DNA from: Chlamydiia bacterium
Lineage (GTDB): Bacteria; Chlamydiota; Chlamydiia; Chlamydiales; JBMOFD01
Reading direction: 5' to 3'
Assembly (NCBI GenBank): GCA_049314435.1
Contig: JBMOFD010000028.1
Span: 1-22,099, forward strand
Length of the DNA: 22,099 nt
Part shown: positions 8,397 through 16,988 of the stretch, piece by piece
Layout: each line of letters begins with the position of its first letter
Numbering within the stretch: the stretch's first letter is position 1
Position numbers and translations under genes: made by a program
Notes under the pieces: model-generated
What the model saw: the letters and a program-made list of their open reading frames with translations, nothing else
Databases searched by the model: none
What the model was told of the DNA's origin: nothing

Positions 8397-11300
8397 GGCT
8401 GCTTCAGCGACCCTTGCTGGTCAGGCTGTTGGTAGTGCGGATGAGAGGGCAGCATCACCTGTAGAGAAATGCGCCCACCCTCTTTGACCAATTTTGTCCA
8501 GGTGCTCAACACATTGAGCAGGGCTTGGAGACTCTTTTTACTGCTTGGATTGAGCATCGCGATGTCCCTGACCCAGGTCGCGTACTGGGCCGCCCAAGGA
8601 GTCACCCAAACAGGCTCCTCTGAAGAGCTCTTAGATCCCTTCTTTCGTCGAGCGATAATACGGGGAGATTCTTCTGGTTCAACTCGATGACTCTCCGGAG
8701 CTCCTATCCCCTCGTGAGCCAGTTGCTGCGCCCTGACCAATGTCGAGCAAATGAATTGGCTGGGCGCCGATTCAGCCGACAGCAGCGTAGGCACAATCAG
8801 ATCAGCTAAGGTCTCCCCGATCGCGTAGTGGACGCCTATAGTCTGGTTGTTGCGCAGCAGCTGTAGAGTGGTGATCTCCAGTAGAATGGCCCGGCGACCA
8901 GTGGATAACTCTGCTTCGAACTGACTGTCTTCGACAGAGCCTGCTGGTTTGGCTGCAATCCAATGGGTTACGAGTGCGGTTCGAGCCCATGCCATATCTT
9001 CATCAGAAAGAGGTTGGGCATATACGAACCCGAGTTCTTCATAGATCTTCCCTGCCCACTCTCCTGCTTGAGTTTTGAGCTGCTCATCTGCTCCTGGCTG
9101 TATGGCGATCTGGCGAACACAACTCAGATAATCAAGCAGCGCCCGAAAGGCATCTGGACGAAGGATCCACTTGGGAAGCCAGCTCTGGATCTGAGCCCTT
9201 TGCCGATCGTCTAGGAACCAGGCAACGGCTTCCGGCGAGAATCGACCTTGTTGCTGAATAGCTTTCTCCTTGAGGAGGAATACACGCAGGCTGAGCGATG
9301 CCGTGTACAGCCTCTCGAAGAAGAGGCTCTCCAGCCCATCACCCGATCTGGGGCATTGGTCGAGTAGATTGTCCGTAATCGCCACAAGACGCATCCAACT
9401 CGCATGATCCTTGAGGAATGCTCTAGATGGGCCTCCCGCTGGTTTGTTGGCGAGTGCATGGAAGACCGTAAACAAGGTGTCAAATAGGACGGCCGCCATA
9501 TCTCCTTGCTCGATGTTGGGTTCCGATGCAGCAAGCGGCTGAGGCAGGACCAACTCCTCCAGGAGGCAGCAGAGGTCGTCATGCGTCTCCGCAATATCTA
9601 AGTAGAAGCCAAAGGGACTGGCAACAGTACGGAGCGCCTGCAACGCGCCAAGGCCGAGTCGAACTTGATCCAAGGGAACGAACTCCGGCCCCAGAGCCGT
9701 CGAGCAACGACCCTCCAGTACCAATTCGATGAGCGCGGCTAACACCCGAAGCGCTCGACTACGGGCCTCTTCCAGAGGAACCCCCTCACCCACCCAGCAT
9801 TTTAGACTGGGCAGACTCTGCGCCACATGAGAGAAGGCCATGGCGAGCGCCTGGCTACCCAACCGTTTCGGCTCATTCGATGGCCTCACCAGGACTCCAG
9901 GAGGGAAAGTCGGTTCAAGGACACCTATAGCCATCGACTTCTCATCAAAGTGGCGACCAGGATGACTTAACCGAGGGATCTCTCCTGTGATGTACGCCAT
10001 CGCATCCTGGATCAGAAAGGCAGCTACACCGAACATGGTCGTCTCAGACACTGCGCTCGGCTCGCCAGCACAATCGACCATCAAGGCACGCAGGGCATCC
10101 TGCCAGGCAAGAAGCCTGGAATCAGCCTTCATGAGCTCGGGTTCGATGCACACGGTCTGGATATACAAACGACGGGCGTCGTCCTCATGTTCGGTCTCCA
10201 GCAGCCACGGAATATGTCGGTGAAGCGCCTTGAGAAGTGGGGGCGACTCCCATGGAGGGCAGAGCGATAGCAGCCGGATCGTAGCTATCTTGAGCGGAGC
10301 AGCCAACGGCTCAGCCTCACGATCCAACCAGGTGAGGGATGGATCGTGTTCTATGAGAGCCGTCATGACCCTAAGCACCGGGGAATCGATCAGATCCTCC
10401 GCACGCCTCTCCTCTAAAAGCCATCTTGCCGCGATGCAATACAGATCATGTTGATCATCTGCACTTGGCAGTAAAGGTTGCAGCCATCCCAACATCATGT
10501 TCAGCGCATCCCTCGGATGGGACCGGTTGATTGATCGAGGGGGAGCTAGCCCCACCTCCCACACAAAGAGGTGTAGCCACCTCTTAAGAAGCCTCGGATC
10601 AATCGATGGCTGAATCCCCTGACTGTTTAGAAGCTCCACGGCGTCCCAAACAGCCATATAGAGCACCAGCGTCAGGTGAACGGGAAAATCGACCGGACCT
10701 TCATCAGACAATGTGGTCTTCCAGTCGTCCAAAAGCCACCCCTCTGCTCTTCTCCTTTGGTGGGGATCCAGATGAATAGTCTGCCCAAAGGCGGTCATGA
10801 GCCCTTGTTCTTTTGACTCATTCCCCATCTCCTGCACTAACCGGCGGCAGAAGGCCAAGTCATACGGTTCCGCTCGATCGCCTGTTCGCAACATGAGGGA
10901 GACAATGCGTTGCACCGTCGCCTGACAGCAGGGCACCATCGCCGCTGGATCCCCTTTGGTGCCGGTCTCTCTGGAAGATAGCATCAGAAATGCCAGCGGA
11001 ATCGTGGGCAGCAACTCAGGTGGAGCTTCTGGAGAACACCATGGAGCCATCACCGGCCAAAGATGCACAAAGTACTCGAGGATCTTTTCATGCGAGGGCA
11101 TGGTGTCCACCAAAGCTGTGAACAACTCGCGCACGGCTGTAGGGTGGTTTTGGCTCCACTCCTGCCAATCCAGCAGCTGGATCCACTCGAACATGACCTC
11201 CACCTCATCGAGTGTGGCCTTCGTTCCATGAAATGTCGTGCGAGCTTCCAGGAACTCTAATAGGAGCCCGTCTGGAGCCCTATTGCATGATCCCTCTGTC

Positions 11301-14300
11301 CCAGCATTCTCACCGCTTGTCGGAAAGTTCGGGCGCGCAACAAGACCATCGTCTGACAGGTCTTCGGTGTTGGATGCCGCCCGCTGGACGAGCGTAAGCG
11401 CCACCCAAGCATGGGCCATCCACGGAAGAAGCTTCTGGGGAGGCCTCATCGTAAGCACCTGATGAGCCAAGGCCATAGCCTCTGAGGGTTGCATAGCCTT
11501 CAATGACCCTAGAAGGCTCTTCAACATCTCATCAAAGGATCCACGTCGTTGAGGCCTCGAATCGATGGAGTCGGCGAGCAGGTCAAGCCCCCAGATGAAG
11601 AGCACTAGACCAGAACCAAGGTCATGGCGACTCAGCTTTTGAATGATGAGGGGTAGGTCTTTACATGGCTGTGCTGAAGGCTTTGCATGCCTTAGAATCC
11701 CGGCCAACGCCGACCGAACTACTGGCCATTCCACCTCCAAAGTGGGTCGCCCAGACAGGCAGATCTCCTTGAGCAAACTCATCATCCTGAGAACGGTCAC
11801 CTGATGGGGAAAGATGGAGACCCACTTTGTGAAAAGGGCAGCCAGCTCCGAGGGAGAGCGTTGAAGAATCTTGGATTCCAGCGTCCTGCAGCACCACTCT
11901 CCATGATAGGACTGTAGGACGCCCTCACTGATGCGCTGGTCGAGACGTCTTCGGACACCCTCCGGAAAATCCCCCGCCGCCTGACACGCTGGAAGAATCG
12001 ACTGCGCCAGCTGGAATGAGTCCTCCTCTCGTATAGAAACCATCTTCTCCAGGATAGGAGCGAGCCTCTGCACCTGCTCTCTGGTAAAAAGACCATCATC
12101 GGCGGTCGCCTTCAACTGGTTCCACAGTCTTTCATGGAGACCGCCGATGATGTGCGCATCTTGGTCCGAATTACTGTGCATGGAAGTTACAATCAGCAGC
12201 CAGTCGATGAGACTAGCTAGTCCGCTTGCATCCACTTTGAAGGTAAATCCCTTTTCCAGAGCCCAGCAGAGCGCTACTGCATGTTCTACGGTACCTTGTG
12301 CTAGCTCCTTCCCCGCCTTGCTCAACGCCGTCGAGACTTCCCAGCCAGCCGCCTTGCGCTCAACTGCCTCACACCAGTAAGGAAACCAAAGTGGTTGCTC
12401 CAGGAAAAAGCTCTTAAGCTGCTCCGTGGAACCCGGCTTAGGTGGTACCGGACCCTTGTCTCGTCGACCCCTAACGTCCGAGTGTTGAGCTTCCCGATGA
12501 TGCATAGCCTGCACCAGTCTCCTGCAGAGGCTCGCAGAAGAGCCTGGATCGATCGAGGGATTCCAATGCAGAGATTCGGCAAGAGCGAGAGCCTCCTCTG
12601 GCGACAATTCGGCCTGACTCAGGACATGGCTCAGGTCTAGGGGCAAATCACAACCCTCTCCAAACTTGCGAAGGATAGCAAGCAGCTCTCCAGGCGGGAA
12701 TTCTTGGTAGTCGACCCGAGCCAAGATCCTCCGAAAAAGCTGCTTTCGCTCTTTGAACTCTTCTGTCTGCATGAGGCTGCAGTCATGCAGATGGGTGATG
12801 AGCTGAAGGAGCTCACCGAGGGGAAGTCGAAGATGTTGCCACGACTCCATGTGCCGTTCTACGGCCTCGATCAACGGCCCCGTAACTCCACGCCCCCTGG
12901 CACAGATGGCCTGGATCATCAAGTGAGGCACCTCGCGTAAGACCGCTCCGCCAAGCGGATGGCTGTCGAGAACCTGATGCCATCTCTGGAACAGAGCCGG
13001 GTCGAGATCGAGGATCCGTCGAGTCAGAGCCACAAGACGCGACTGAGCAGATGGTTCCACATTTGTGCGCATGGGCGCGCGCTGCGCTAGCGCATCGATC
13101 CGAGATTTGATCACCTGCGTTCCGCAGGAGAACTCTTTCGTCTCTCTATGGAAGACTCCAACTGGAGTTGGAAACGCTGTCTCCTGTATGGGATCGGCCT
13201 CACGGCGCGCCCCGGAAGATTCCGCCTCCTGTGGGTCTTCCATCGCAAATCGCCTCAACAAAGGCCTCAAGGCCGCTGGGCCGGGCTCGGGCCAACGACA
13301 TGCTGGGCGGATCTCCGGTGGCAAGAGGATCTGGTTGAGCAGGAGCTGCATCCACTGTCCCGTACGGACATGTGTGGCCTGAAGAAGACCTTGTACAACG
13401 AGGTCCCATACCTCAATGACGATGGCCTCGGAAACGCCCTGGAACATCCAGACGCGTTGCGCCAGGTTCAGAGCCTCTCGTACTGTCTGCTTCTGACCAT
13501 CCACCCCCAAAGGCGACTTGCGGAGCAGGCTCATGCAGGACGAGACCACTCCCCGCAAAGACTCTTTTAGAATGGCCTCGTGATCTGATGTGCCATGAAC
13601 CGCACTCTCCGTGATGGCGCTGATGACACGTTCCGCTAGTAGCGGCTCCTGTTCAGCCAAAGACGCGAGGTGTTGCAGTGCGCGGAGCAACTCTCCACTG
13701 CTGGGTGAAATCTCGCTGAGCTGCGTCCAGACGAGGGCAGCCGACCCTTGATCTCCCTGGAGTTGCTGAAGAAGTCCCAACAGAACTTCGGCAGGCCAAT
13801 CGATGACCAGTCCTTTGGTCCAGAGCTCCTGAATGACCGGCCAGATCTCCGACGAGCTTCTGGATGCTTCGATCAGGAGCGATGGCATCTGACTGCAGAA
13901 CCGAGCAGCCTCTTGACTGTGTGCAGCGGCCGCGGTCAAGAGTCGGCACCAGGAGACTAGATCATGCGGACGTTGACGGATGAGCTCCTGGGTCCACTGC
14001 CTCAGCGCATCCTGAAGGTCTCTTCCGGAGAGATTCCAACTCCACAGTGTGGGATGCTCGCGCTTCAGCAAAGCCGTCATCTCACTTGGCAGCCCATCCC
14101 AACAGTCGCGCATAAGAGCGTGGGGCTGCACCACGAGCGCACCCGCCTCTAAAGACAAGATCTGATGCCTTGCTGGATCCCGTGTATGGTTGAGTAGGTA
14201 GACACCCAACAGCCAGGCCATCTCGGCTAATACTCGATGTTTGGGAGAGGGTCTTTGTTGGGTTGCACAGTGGGCATGAGCCGTCCACCAGATCTGTGCG

Positions 14301-16255
14301 AGACAGCTTAGCCCTTCATCGGTCTCGGCCGAGGTCCACTGCTGGTGGCGCTCCGCCTGGTCTAGGCGATGCACTTGCTGTAACCAAGTTTGAAACAGCT
14401 GAGGATCGACCTGCTCTAGCATCTCCTCTAGTCCGCTCCAGCTGATGGGAGTCCTCTCCTCAGTAGGTTGAAGCAGAGCCCGCAACAGAGGATGAGAACC
14501 CGCCCTACTCTCAAAAAGAGCCGCTTTGGTCCTCTCAAGGAGAGTAGGTGCAGCCTCACTCGTGCCCGCTGATCCTTCTTGGTGAAGGATCAGGAGCTTA
14601 CGTGCCAAATCGTTGCCGGCACCACTCCATACCTGCAGTAGGGCGAGCCATTCCGGGAATGGCTCAAGCCCCCCCCTAGGGAACGCTTTCTGGAAGATCT
14701 CTCGACTCAGTACCCCCAGAGTCTCCTCCGTGAAGAGCGCCATGGGCATCGGAAAAGAACCGAGAGCCCCTTTGTAGAACGGAGAAGGCCATGACGTCCA
14801 CGAACACGCACGATCATCGTTAGATGGTCTGATAACTCTTCCTTCCAAGAAAGGCGCTAAGATAGTCAGAAGAGCCTGAAAGTAATAAGAACTCAGCTGC
14901 CAGACCTCTGCGGACCGGCACATACCCATTTGTGGGCCCGATCCAAACTGCGCAGCTGGCATATAGAATTGACCAAAGGGGCTCTCTGACATCCACTCTC
15001 TAAGAGCCATTAGTTCTTGTGGACCCGACTGGAACGACGCAAAGCAATGGACCCGGTTCCAGAGATCCGTGAGATCTTGAATCAGCCCCGTACGTTCACC
15101 GTATGTCTCATCCATAAGGTGAGGAAAGAGTTGAATGAGTTGAGTGCGAGCAACCGGCCACCAGGAGCGGTCTCGGTGCTCCGCACCCCAGTCCGCTACA
15201 CTCTGCCTGAGCAACTTCATCCCCTCTTTCCTTGAACGATCCTTTAGAGCGCGGGTGAGCAAGGCCTCCACAAGGGCCCAGCGCAAGTCTAGCAACGCCT
15301 TAAGCTCATCTAGTCCAGATGCGAGGTGCGCACTCAGCCCCTCTGGGATCGGAACCCACCCCTCGAGGATCTTGGTCACACTCCTAAACAGGGCTCTGCG
15401 AGTCTCCTGTGGGTGCGGGATCGCAAGGACACCATCGAGGTAGTCTAAGAGGTTTTCCTCAGGAGTGCGTTCCTGAGAGACGCAAGTGACCTGGGGCTGT
15501 GGTGGATGCAGTACGAGGCCCAGGTCATCTCCTCTCGAGAAGAAATCACGACGAGGCGAAGCTGACGAGATGACCAAGGTCACCTGCACGGCGGCTTGAT
15601 CACCATGGATGTCTCGAAAAGGCACTTCGAAAAAAGCGTAGACGTCCCCTTCGTCATCACTGCTATCGGGTCGATATTCCCGGGGGAAGACGCACAACTT
15701 GCTCTTTTCATGCAGTGACCATAGGTCTGCATCGACCCCAAACGCTCTAGATATGGCTGCAGTTACCTTGCGGAGGCACTCAACCCAGTTCCCTCTGTAT
15801 TGGCTTCCAAGATCCAGACCCCTCAGATCAACGAGATAGTCAAGGTCGACGAAAAGCCCAAATCCGATCTCCTCATCCGGCAATTGCGGTTCGCTCTGTG
15901 CGATGACCCGATGGTGCACGCTTCCCTTGGCCACGATCAGCGGCTCATCGGCTAGCTGTAAGGCCTCCTTCGTCTCACGCGCAATGTCATGCAGCAAGCC
16001 CTCTAGAGTGCATTGTCTCCCCGAATAGACGTTCGTAATCGGCGGCGTGTTCAATGTATGGAGTCGACGTTGGGTCCTCTCCTCCCACTGGTCGGGCTCC
16101 AATCGAAGCTTCTCCGCCATCTGCTCAGAGGTCGCCGTATGCCAAGGCGCGCCCGACGGATTGATGAAGGCTGGTCGTGCCGCTCCGCTAACCGGAACTT
16201 CCGCCACGCCCAATTCATTCGCCGATCCTGTCCTCACACCGAGCGACACACTCAT
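8393..16255 (-). CDS. Giant protein B (2620 aa): N-terminal TENT5/FAM46-like nucleotidyltransferase domain plus long Leu/Trp-rich predicted helical region
   Basis: 7.9-kb uninterrupted ORF. Contains IVAKGSVHHRVI (G111-S112), FVDLDYLVDL (D137/D139), RRDFFSRGDDLGLVL and PEENLLDYLDGVLAIPHPQETRRALFRSVTKILEGWVP. Paralog of the ORF at 1..7602. The ORF is certain; the product name is inferred. Confidence 0.93.
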   Translation of the reverse strand: MSVSLGVRTGSANELGVAEVPVSGAARPAFINPSGAPWHTATSEQMAEKLRLEPDQWEERTQRRLHTLNTPPITNVYSGRQCTLEGLLHDIARETKEALQLADEPLIVAKGSVHHRVIAQSEPQLPDEEIGFGLFVDLDYLVDLRGLDLGSQYRGNWVECLRKVTAAISRAFGVDADLWSLHEKSKLCVFPREYRPDSSDDEGDVYAFFEVPFRDIHGDQAAVQVTLVISSASPRRDFFSRGDDLGLVLHPPQPQVTCVSQERTPEENLLDYLDGVLAIPHPQETRRALFRSVTKILEGWVPIPEGLSAHLASGLDELKALLDLRWALVEALLTRALKDRSRKEGMKLLRQSVADWGAEHRDRSWWPVARTQLIQLFPHLMDETYGERTGLIQDLTDLWNRVHCFASFQSGPQELMALREWMSESPFGQFYMPAAQFGSGPQMGMCRSAEVWQLSSYYFQALLTILAPFLEGRVIRPSNDDRACSWTSWPSPFYKGALGSFPMPMALFTEETLGVLSREIFQKAFPRGGLEPFPEWLALLQVWSGAGNDLARKLLILHQEGSAGTSEAAPTLLERTKAALFESRAGSHPLLRALLQPTEERTPISWSGLEEMLEQVDPQLFQTWLQQVHRLDQAERHQQWTSAETDEGLSCLAQIWWTAHAHCATQQRPSPKHRVLAEMAWLLGVYLLNHTRDPARHQILSLEAGALVVQPHALMRDCWDGLPSEMTALLKREHPTLWSWNLSGRDLQDALRQWTQELIRQRPHDLVSWCRLLTAAAAHSQEAARFCSQMPSLLIEASRSSSEIWPVIQELWTKGLVIDWPAEVLLGLLQQLQGDQGSAALVWTQLSEISPSSGELLRALQHLASLAEQEPLLAERVISAITESAVHGTSDHEAILKESLRGVVSSCMSLLRKSPLGVDGQKQTVREALNLAQRVWMFQGVSEAIVIEVWDLVVQGLLQATHVRTGQWMQLLLNQILLPPEIRPACRWPEPGPAALRPLLRRFAMEDPQEAESSGARREADPIQETAFPTPVGVFHRETKEFSCGTQVIKSRIDALAQRAPMRTNVEPSAQSRLVALTRRILDLDPALFQRWHQVLDSHPLGGAVLREVPHLMIQAICARGRGVTGPLIEAVERHMESWQHLRLPLGELLQLITHLHDCSLMQTEEFKERKQLFRRILARVDYQEFPPGELLAILRKFGEGCDLPLDLSHVLSQAELSPEEALALAESLHWNPSIDPGSSASLCRRLVQAMHHREAQHSDVRGRRDKGPVPPKPGSTEQLKSFFLEQPLWFPYWCEAVERKAAGWEVSTALSKAGKELAQGTVEHAVALCWALEKGFTFKVDASGLASLIDWLLIVTSMHSNSDQDAHIIGGLHERLWNQLKATADDGLFTREQVQRLAPILEKMVSIREEDSFQLAQSILPACQAAGDFPEGVRRRLDQRISEGVLQSYHGEWCCRTLESKILQRSPSELAALFTKWVSIFPHQVTVLRMMSLLKEICLSGRPTLEVEWPVVRSALAGILRHAKPSAQPCKDLPLIIQKLSRHDLGSGLVLFIWGLDLLADSIDSRPQRRGSFDEMLKSLLGSLKAMQPSEAMALAHQVLTMRPPQKLLPWMAHAWVALTLVQRAASNTEDLSDDGLVARPNFPTSGENAGTEGSCNRAPDGLLLEFLEARTTFHGTKATLDEVEVMFEWIQLLDWQEWSQNHPTAVRELFTALVDTMPSHEKILEYFVHLWPVMAPWCSPEAPPELLPTIPLAFLMLSSRETGTKGDPAAMVPCCQATVQRIVSLMLRTGDRAEPYDLAFCRRLVQEMGNESKEQGLMTAFGQTIHLDPHQRRRAEGWLLDDWKTTLSDEGPVDFPVHLTLVLYMAVWDAVELLNSQGIQPSIDPRLLKRWLHLFVWEVGLAPPRSINRSHPRDALNMMLGWLQPLLPSADDQHDLYCIAARWLLEERRAEDLIDSPVLRVMTALIEHDPSLTWLDREAEPLAAPLKIATIRLLSLCPPWESPPLLKALHRHIPWLLETEHEDDARRLYIQTVCIEPELMKADSRLLAWQDALRALMVDCAGEPSAVSETTMFGVAAFLIQDAMAYITGEIPRLSHPGRHFDEKSMAIGVLEPTFPPGVLVRPSNEPKRLGSQALAMAFSHVAQSLPSLKCWVGEGVPLEEARSRALRVLAALIELVLEGRCSTALGPEFVPLDQVRLGLGALQALRTVASPFGFYLDIAETHDDLCCLLEELVLPQPLAASEPNIEQGDMAAVLFDTLFTVFHALANKPAGGPSRAFLKDHASWMRLVAITDNLLDQCPRSGDGLESLFFERLYTASLSLRVFLLKEKAIQQQGRFSPEAVAWFLDDRQRAQIQSWLPKWILRPDAFRALLDYLSCVRQIAIQPGADEQLKTQAGEWAGKIYEELGFVYAQPLSDEDMAWARTALVTHWIAAKPAGSVEDSQFEAELSTGRRAILLEITTLQLLRNNQTIGVHYAIGETLADLIVPTLLSAESAPSQFICSTLVRAQQLAHEGIGAPESHRVEPEESPRIIARRKKGSKSSSEEPVWVTPWAAQYATWVRDIAMLNPSSKKSLQALLNVLSTWTKLVKEGGRISLQVMLPSHPHYQQPDQQGSLKQP

Positions 16256-16497
16256 TAAACACCAAAAAATACAGTTGGCTCTATTTGCACAACGCTAGCC
16301 AGCGACCTGTGCGCCCTAAGGGCGCTCGACTGCAGCAGAAACCGCCTGCACTCTGGCATCGAACCTGTTGAACGGCAGCGACTTTGATCACGGCCGAAGC
16401 ATGATAATCTGAACCAGAAAGAAGACCAAGCTGCGCTTGCGTAGCACACCGAAAAGGCTAACGGATCGCGTGTTCATGGGGTCACGAGGGCGACTAG

Positions 16498-16776
16498 TCA
16501 TCCGATGGAATTGCATGAGACCAAACTATGACCCCCGCCTACGCTCTCAAAGCCGGTCATGTAAATGACGTCTACTTGTGCCCAATCTTTGGCGCCACAG
16601 ATCACGCTGACCAATGCTATGAACAACACGCTCAGGAATGGATATCTGAACCCTGGAGAGGGCCTGCGCGGATCCTCAATCAGACTAAAAATCGCTAGCA
16701 GTGGGTGGTCTGGGTACGGATGCTCGAATGTTTTGGGCTTCACGTGTGTAGGCATTGTTCCCTTCGGTCGTGGCAT
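16498..16776 (-). pseudogene. Truncated ISAs1-family transposase (N-terminal DDE_Tnp_1-associated region only)
   Basis: LLAIFSLIEDPRRPSPGFRYPFLSVLFIALVSVICGAKDWAQV matches the ISAs1/H-repeat N-terminal pattern F..i.DPR....Y.l..iL......vicGa..W..i. The ORF stops at 92 aa, and there is no room for the DDE core before the next gene starts at 16255. Confidence 0.82.
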
Positions 16777-16988
16777 ATCTGGCAGCTCAAGTAGCAGTGG
16801 AGGAACAGTCTATAACCCCTACTTCTTCCCTCACAGGCCCCTGTGACTCCTACCCCCTAATTCAAATAAGTTTATTGGATTCCTGTACCCTGATCAGTTG
16901 TGTTAGCGCCAAGTAGAAATGTCCGGTCAGCGCTTTGGCCGTAGAAAGAAATTAGGTGGTTGATGCTGAGCGGCTCTGTTGGAAGCAC

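Noticed and set aside
6700..16255. Interpretation of the GS..DxD domains as CBASS CD-NTase or toxin-antitoxin MNT
   Set aside because: No Cap effector or HEPN partner is recognisable nearby, the GS-to-DxD spacing is long (24 aa), and the downstream blocks fit TENT5/PAP-type enzymes better. Not formally excluded without a structure search.
16255..16449. 64-aa ORF whose TAA overlaps the ATG of protein B (TAATG)
   Set aside because: The overlap could suggest translational coupling, but the ORF is short, GTG-started and has no recognisable motif; probably chance.
16832..16845. Small palindrome CACAGG-CC-CCTGTG
   Set aside because: 6-bp arms with a 2-nt loop, single copy and no U-tract; insufficient evidence for a function.
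16900..16950. Two nearby AGCGC...GTAGAAA motifs (TTTCTAC on the minus strand, reminiscent of Cas12a repeats) and a weak hairpin
   Set aside because: Only two imperfect copies, no complete repeat stem, no spacer periodicity and no cas genes. The hairpin is mismatched on the transcribed strand, so it is not called as a terminator.
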